Positions 57,701 to 63,700 of a DNA stretch of 64,000 bases are shown one piece after another. Source of the DNA: Candidatus Gottesmanbacteria bacterium (GTDB lineage: Bacteria > Patescibacteriota > Microgenomatia > UBA10105 > UBA927); assembly GCA_030679255.1 (NCBI GenBank), contig JAUXTO010000018.1, positions 2,973-66,972 of the forward strand. The letters are read 5' to 3'. The position numbers were made by a program, and so were the translations under genes. A model generated the notes under the pieces. The model had not been told where the DNA came from and did no database searches. It saw only the letters and a program-made list of their open reading frames with translations. How positions within the stretch are numbered: position 1 is the first letter of the stretch; each line of letters starts with the position of its first letter.

Positions 57701-60700
57701 CTGGTAAATCTGAAAGGGATTATTTTGATGCCCCTGCAGTGAAGCCATATATAAATACAGTGGTAAATAATATGGCAATTGGGGATATAACCCAAGTCGA
57801 CCCACTCACATTTCGTTTGCTTGCAGCGTTGACCACCGATATGGTTTTCCTGCGACAACAAACCGCCAGCGTTCCATTTACCACACTTGGATTACCTGCA
57901 AAACCTCCCGTCGCATTTGTTCCGATCGGACAGCCACCTGCAGATTCTCAGAAAGCGCCAGCGTTGACGCCTAATCAGCCGGTGTCTACGCAGGTATCTC
58001 TCGGGTCATTTACACCTACTGCTGATCAATTATTGAGTACAATTCCTATTCCTCCGGAGTTGCCTACGCTTGTGGCACAAGCAAGTTCATTATTGGATCA
58101 AGCACAAGAAGACCTCAACCAGGGGAAGAGAGATGTGTTTGAACAACATGTAGCGCAAGCCCATGGACAAATCGCAGACCTCATGAAGCACTGGCCGACT
58201 GACGACGACGTGCAACGAGTCATAGCCCAACACAACTTATTGACGGCTCAGATACGTGGTAAAGGTATTCAGATGATCGTATCCACAAATGAATCAAAAT
58301 CAAATCAGATTATCACTGCATTTCGGTGGGACGGGAAAAAAGTCGAGATTTATCTTTCCAACGAACAAGGAGACGAACAATTTCCTGCTTTAGGAATCCA
58401 AGAAACCTCCACTGCCGATACCGCTCAGGAATATGATCAACGAATTACTGAATATCTGTCAAATCGGGGAAAACAGGCATTTTACGCGAGAAAAATATCG
58501 AGGGTATTAGATGGCATTGAGGATATCGTAAAACCACAAAATGCTCATACCCCTAAGGACGTAGGATCCGCTGGCCTCGGCGGGGGAGGAGAGGGAGAAA
58601 ATAAATTACTCAATTTGCTCAATTCCGGAAACGTCAGGATGAAATTCCCTTTTTCGTATCATTTCAGTACTGGTTTTTCACTGGCGAGCAGGATGTATGG
58701 TATCAATCCTACTGATGGAAGTGACGTCAATAAGGCAAAACTTAAACAACTCTTCGGATCTACGAGAAATATCATGGATCCAGTATCACTTAATATGGTG
58801 AATGATGTGGTTGCGGTTCGGGTTTCGGTTATTGATGGTTCATATGTGATGATTGAACAAAATTATGCGGAGTTATTTGCGATGGCCGTTTATTATGGAC
58901 TGACGCCTGAAGAAATTTATGTCTATGATCGCGGGACAGGGAATTACATGAGCTTGAATGATCTTTTATCAGTTGTTCCGCAAAGAACAGAAACAAAAAG
59001 CCGCTATGATGTTTTATTCACCGACATGGAGAAAGATGAAAAGACCAGCCGTGGGTACGCTGATTATTCAGATATTTTTCCTGACCAAAACCCACAAGGT
59101 CTATCCCTTGAGACAGTTCTTATGGATCTTCTAGAAAAGAAAGCACTGTCTGGTGACCACACGCTTACGATTCTCGACCAGGGGGCCGGGGTAGGAAATT
59201 TTGGCCGTGTCCTCGCTGCTTTGTTTGAAAACCCAAATAGGAGTGATAAGGAAATGAAGCAATATTTCGGTAATAAGAAATTTCTTGCCGTATGGAGACC
59301 TGAGCGCATGGAAGAAGCTCGGCGTATTGCCCGGCGAGCGAGGGACCTTGGCATCGCATTGCGGTACGTGGGTATTACGGATGCCAATCGTACGCAAAAT
59401 CTTTTTGATAGAAACTGGACGATTGGGGCGCCTGGAAAGAGTGTCTTTGCGGAAAATATTGCGTATACCTATACGCCGAGACAACGGCTTAAACAGGTGC
59501 TCGATACTTTGGGTATTACTTCTATAGATTTTGCATTTAGCGTTGCATTTGAATCGTATTTAGATGAAACAACGCACACAGCCCTTACTCAGGATATTAT
59601 TGGAGCATTGGGGCAGGATGGCATCTACGTTGGAGAGACGGCAAAGCTGCAATTGATGCTTCAAAATTTTGAGCGGAAAGGAATTGTTACGTTGCTTGAT
59701 GCAGCCCAACAGGTTTCTTACGGGGTAACATATAGCAGTTTAAGGAGTATATTTTCCGTCAGACGCACTAAACAAAGTGATCGTAAACAATTCACGACAG
59801 CCGGAGAACGGGTGGTACAAGCGGAACTTCGGTCAAATCCTCAAATTAATGCAGATCAGCTTGCTCAGCACGCAATTGATGCGCTGGCAGAAGCTAAAGC
59901 TCATTCGGATTTATTGCAATCCGTTTCTCCCGCCGGCGGGGGAGGAGAGAGACCGATGGATACGTCCAATTTAGCCAGTAGAAAAATAGTCGAAGCCGAG
60001 GCGGTCAGACTTATTGAAACATCCAATAAAAATGCAGCAAGTACGCTCATGGCCCAGTATGAGCGGTTGGTTGCGGGACTCGTAAACGTACTGGAACAAA
60101 ATCCTAATCTTTCGTTAGATTCATACCTTGATATGGTGGCGACCAACGATAACGTACGGGAGCTTCTGGGGATCAGCCCGACTGGAGATCGGAGTCCTCC
60201 AACTCCTTTTCAATCGTCCCTTCGTACTTCTCTCGCCTCCGACCTCCCGTCCCTCCATACCCAGGCCGCACAGCCAAATGCCACCAAAAAACCCGCTTTC
60301 GCGGGTTTTGGCGATCTCGCCAGGTTGGTAAAAAAGCTGGACCTAAGAAGTAATGTACTTATATCATTTTATGAACGTTTTGTCACTCCCAGCTCCCAAC
60401 CTGGCAGGCCCACTCCATTGGTGAGTATACCACAGCAAATTCACGCTGTTTTATCAGATTTTGTGGCTAAATTTCTGCCTAAAAAGAATGTTTTGCAACC
60501 TGTCCCCGGCGGCACCGGCGGCGGGGGAGACGGAGGAGCGGCAGTGATGCCCGGGGAGTCCGGATTGACGCCTCTTGAATTGAAAGCCAAACAACTGACC
60601 GAACCGGCAGCAGCGGCCATTGGAGAAGCGCTCGTGAAGCCTCTTGAGAAAAAAGTTAATGATCTTTGCAATGATCGTACGGGATTTATACCGGGTGGAC

Positions 60701-63700
60701 AGCAGAAATTGGCTGACGGGTCAGGATTTGCTTTCCCTCTTGGGGGGAGAGGTGCGAAAAATCAGGAGAGCAAACAGCAACACAGCAATAATGAGGAGCA
60801 TGTACGCGGACGCAGCGTCACCCAAAAATTTACTGAATTGGTCGATAGTCATAGCTTTTTACCCCTTTCGATGAACCATACGGCAACGAATAACGATACT
60901 ATACCAAACGGGAGATGGAGAAACAAGAGCGACCGAAATTTTTCTGATGATGTCGCTATAAATCCCGGACTGATGACTAACATGCCAATCCATCCGGATG
61001 ATAGATTGATAAATAATGCTCCAAACGCTTCTGCAAATGATTTTCGGGATATGGCAAACATCACCCCCGACTCTACCACTCAGCCAACTGCATTGTCAAC
61101 CAATTTTTCCTTTACGCCAAAAGTCTATGCAGACAACGGCTTTGCTCCATCCGGCGGTCCCAGCGCCCGCTGTGCTGTAGCCCGGGCGGCCGCAGAAGTT
61201 GCCCGTGGAGCAGCTGATTTTGTCAAAAACACGAGTTGGCAGATGCCCAACCGCGTATTGACTCAATGGTTTCTCGGGAGTATTCGGAGAGTGGGAGATC
61301 AAGCATATGATATATTTCGCAATGCATCCCAACGGTATGATATTGATTACAACACGTTACTCGGTAAAGGTGGAATAGCGAAAGTTTATAAAGGATTTGA
61401 CCGTTGGAGAAATGTTCCGGTCGCAATAAAAGTATTACCCCGCGGTTCGGATGATCAAGATCTAGGACGTGAAGCACGAATATTAGCTCAATTCTCTGAT
61501 TATAATGTACTCCAAGTATATGATCTGCATGCATTTCCTGATGGCACTGTTGGATTGGTGACGGAATTAGCGGATGAACATAAAACATTAGGTTCGATCA
61601 TTCAACCTGGATACGCTATTAGTTCAGACACCATGGCTGATGTGCTTGCACAGATCGGGTCTGCGATCGATCACATTCATGCTTTTGGAGTTTTTCATCG
61701 TGATATTAAACCGAAGAACATCCTGATCCAGGATCTCGGCAACGGTCTCATAAGGCCGATGTTAAGCGATTTGGGTTCAGCGGTTCTTTCCAGGCCATTA
61801 TCGACGGGACTAGTTGACGATTCAGGGTATGGAAACAGCGCACAGACCTTGATATATATGGCCCCTGAATTAGTGTTAGCGCAGGATCAACCTGCGACTA
61901 TACAAACAGATATATATTCCTACGCAGTCACGTTGTATGAAATATTAGGTGGTTTGCATCCATATTTTCCCGATCCGGATGCAGAATATCCAGTGCTTTA
62001 TTTAAGGTTTAGTTCAATTGATAGTAGTAAATACATTCCATTATCATCGATACGATGGGCAAATACCCAAATTATCGATCCGGAAGTAGTGAAAACAGTG
62101 AATCAATTGCTTCAAACGGCCTTATCAGTCGATCCTGCGCTGCGTCCGAAGTCTGCAAGCGAGCTGACCAAAAATATTATTGAAGCCATTACCAGTCATT
62201 CATACGTGTCCAAGTATCATCCAATCACCAACAGACAATTAAAAAATGTCATTCCGGATGATTCCGTCGCTCCCTCCATCGATCTCGCCAAGGCCAAGGC
62301 TGGGGGAGGGGTGAACGATACGGTGGGTACGATAACCCACGATCCTTCTCGACCTCAATGGCTCGAAGCGTTACAAAAGAGAATAACCTCATTGTTTAAT
62401 CGCATGGCGATCCAATTTGGATGGTATCGCGGTCCGGAAGCACCAATTGTCCGATTTGCACGGGAGTATGGAGATTTATTGGATCAATTATTAACTGATA
62501 CAGATGTTCGAGAGGCGATTGTGCATGATCAGCAACCATACAAAGCCATGCGGCTGGTAAATAGAAAGATACAAGATATCGTAGGGTCTAGATATGCAGA
62601 CGCTGACAGACTCAAGATTGTCGAATTTATTATAAATAAATTTGACTTTATCTGGCATGTCGGTAGGGCAACGGAGGATATACAAAGAGGTCAATATGAA
62701 TCATACCGCAAGGGTAGCCGGGGACAAAGAAAATACACTTTGAATCCTAGATATTTGTCGGTATATCAAACGGAAATCATTGAAGGATCTGTACGTCCAA
62801 AAACAGTTGAATTACCTACGGCACAAATAGAGGAGTTTGTGCAAAGGGGTCGCCAAGTCGCAGGCGCAATGGTCATACCAGCAGGGAAAATCAATCATGT
62901 CGGTGAACTTGTGGCTGGCTTAGCAGCAACTCTTGAGGATGCTGATACGCCGATAGGACGAGATCAGCGGTTGTTGATTCATCTATTGACCTTTGCGGAT
63001 CAAACAAACCCGGTTAGTGGTGGTAGCGATTTTAAAAAGGCGCTACGTACATTTTCCGAAAGCCAAATGAATCCAGAATATATTCCTGAATTGTTTTCTA
63101 GACTTCTCGCGATAAATTTTGCACGATATATGCTCTATGAGCCGTTTTGGGGTCCTGTATTGGATGTTTACAATACCAAGGTGCTCCCCATTATTCATGC
63201 TCAGGGCGCTGAGTATCAGCGGTTTCATGCGGTAACGCCGGAAAGCATTATCTGGACAGAAGGAGAGATGCCGATTGGCTGCGTTGGGCAGTGTCTCGTG
63301 CCGACGGCCATGAAAGATTTATACAGATCATTCATGGTGATTAACACAATTGGGGAAACTGGTAACTCTGTGTTTGATGTTCGTACGACTTTGAATGGAA
63401 AAAATATTACTGGAGTGCGTGACGGTTCTGTTGCATCAAAACCGAGAAATGCAGCTTTGGCGACGTTAAAGCATGAAGCTATCCATGCGCAGAAGATTGA
63501 TGAAATTGGGAGTGCAAATATCCCAACAGATACACAACTTATTGGTACCCTTGAAGGGTTGACTGAGACAGAACAGTTACGATTGACTGACATTGTTTTT
63601 GCTACTTCCCCTGATCTTTATGGTCAGTTTGAACGACCTGCCGCATATCCAGGCGAACGAATAATAAATAGAGTATTTTTTGATCTTTTAGAAGTGCCGA

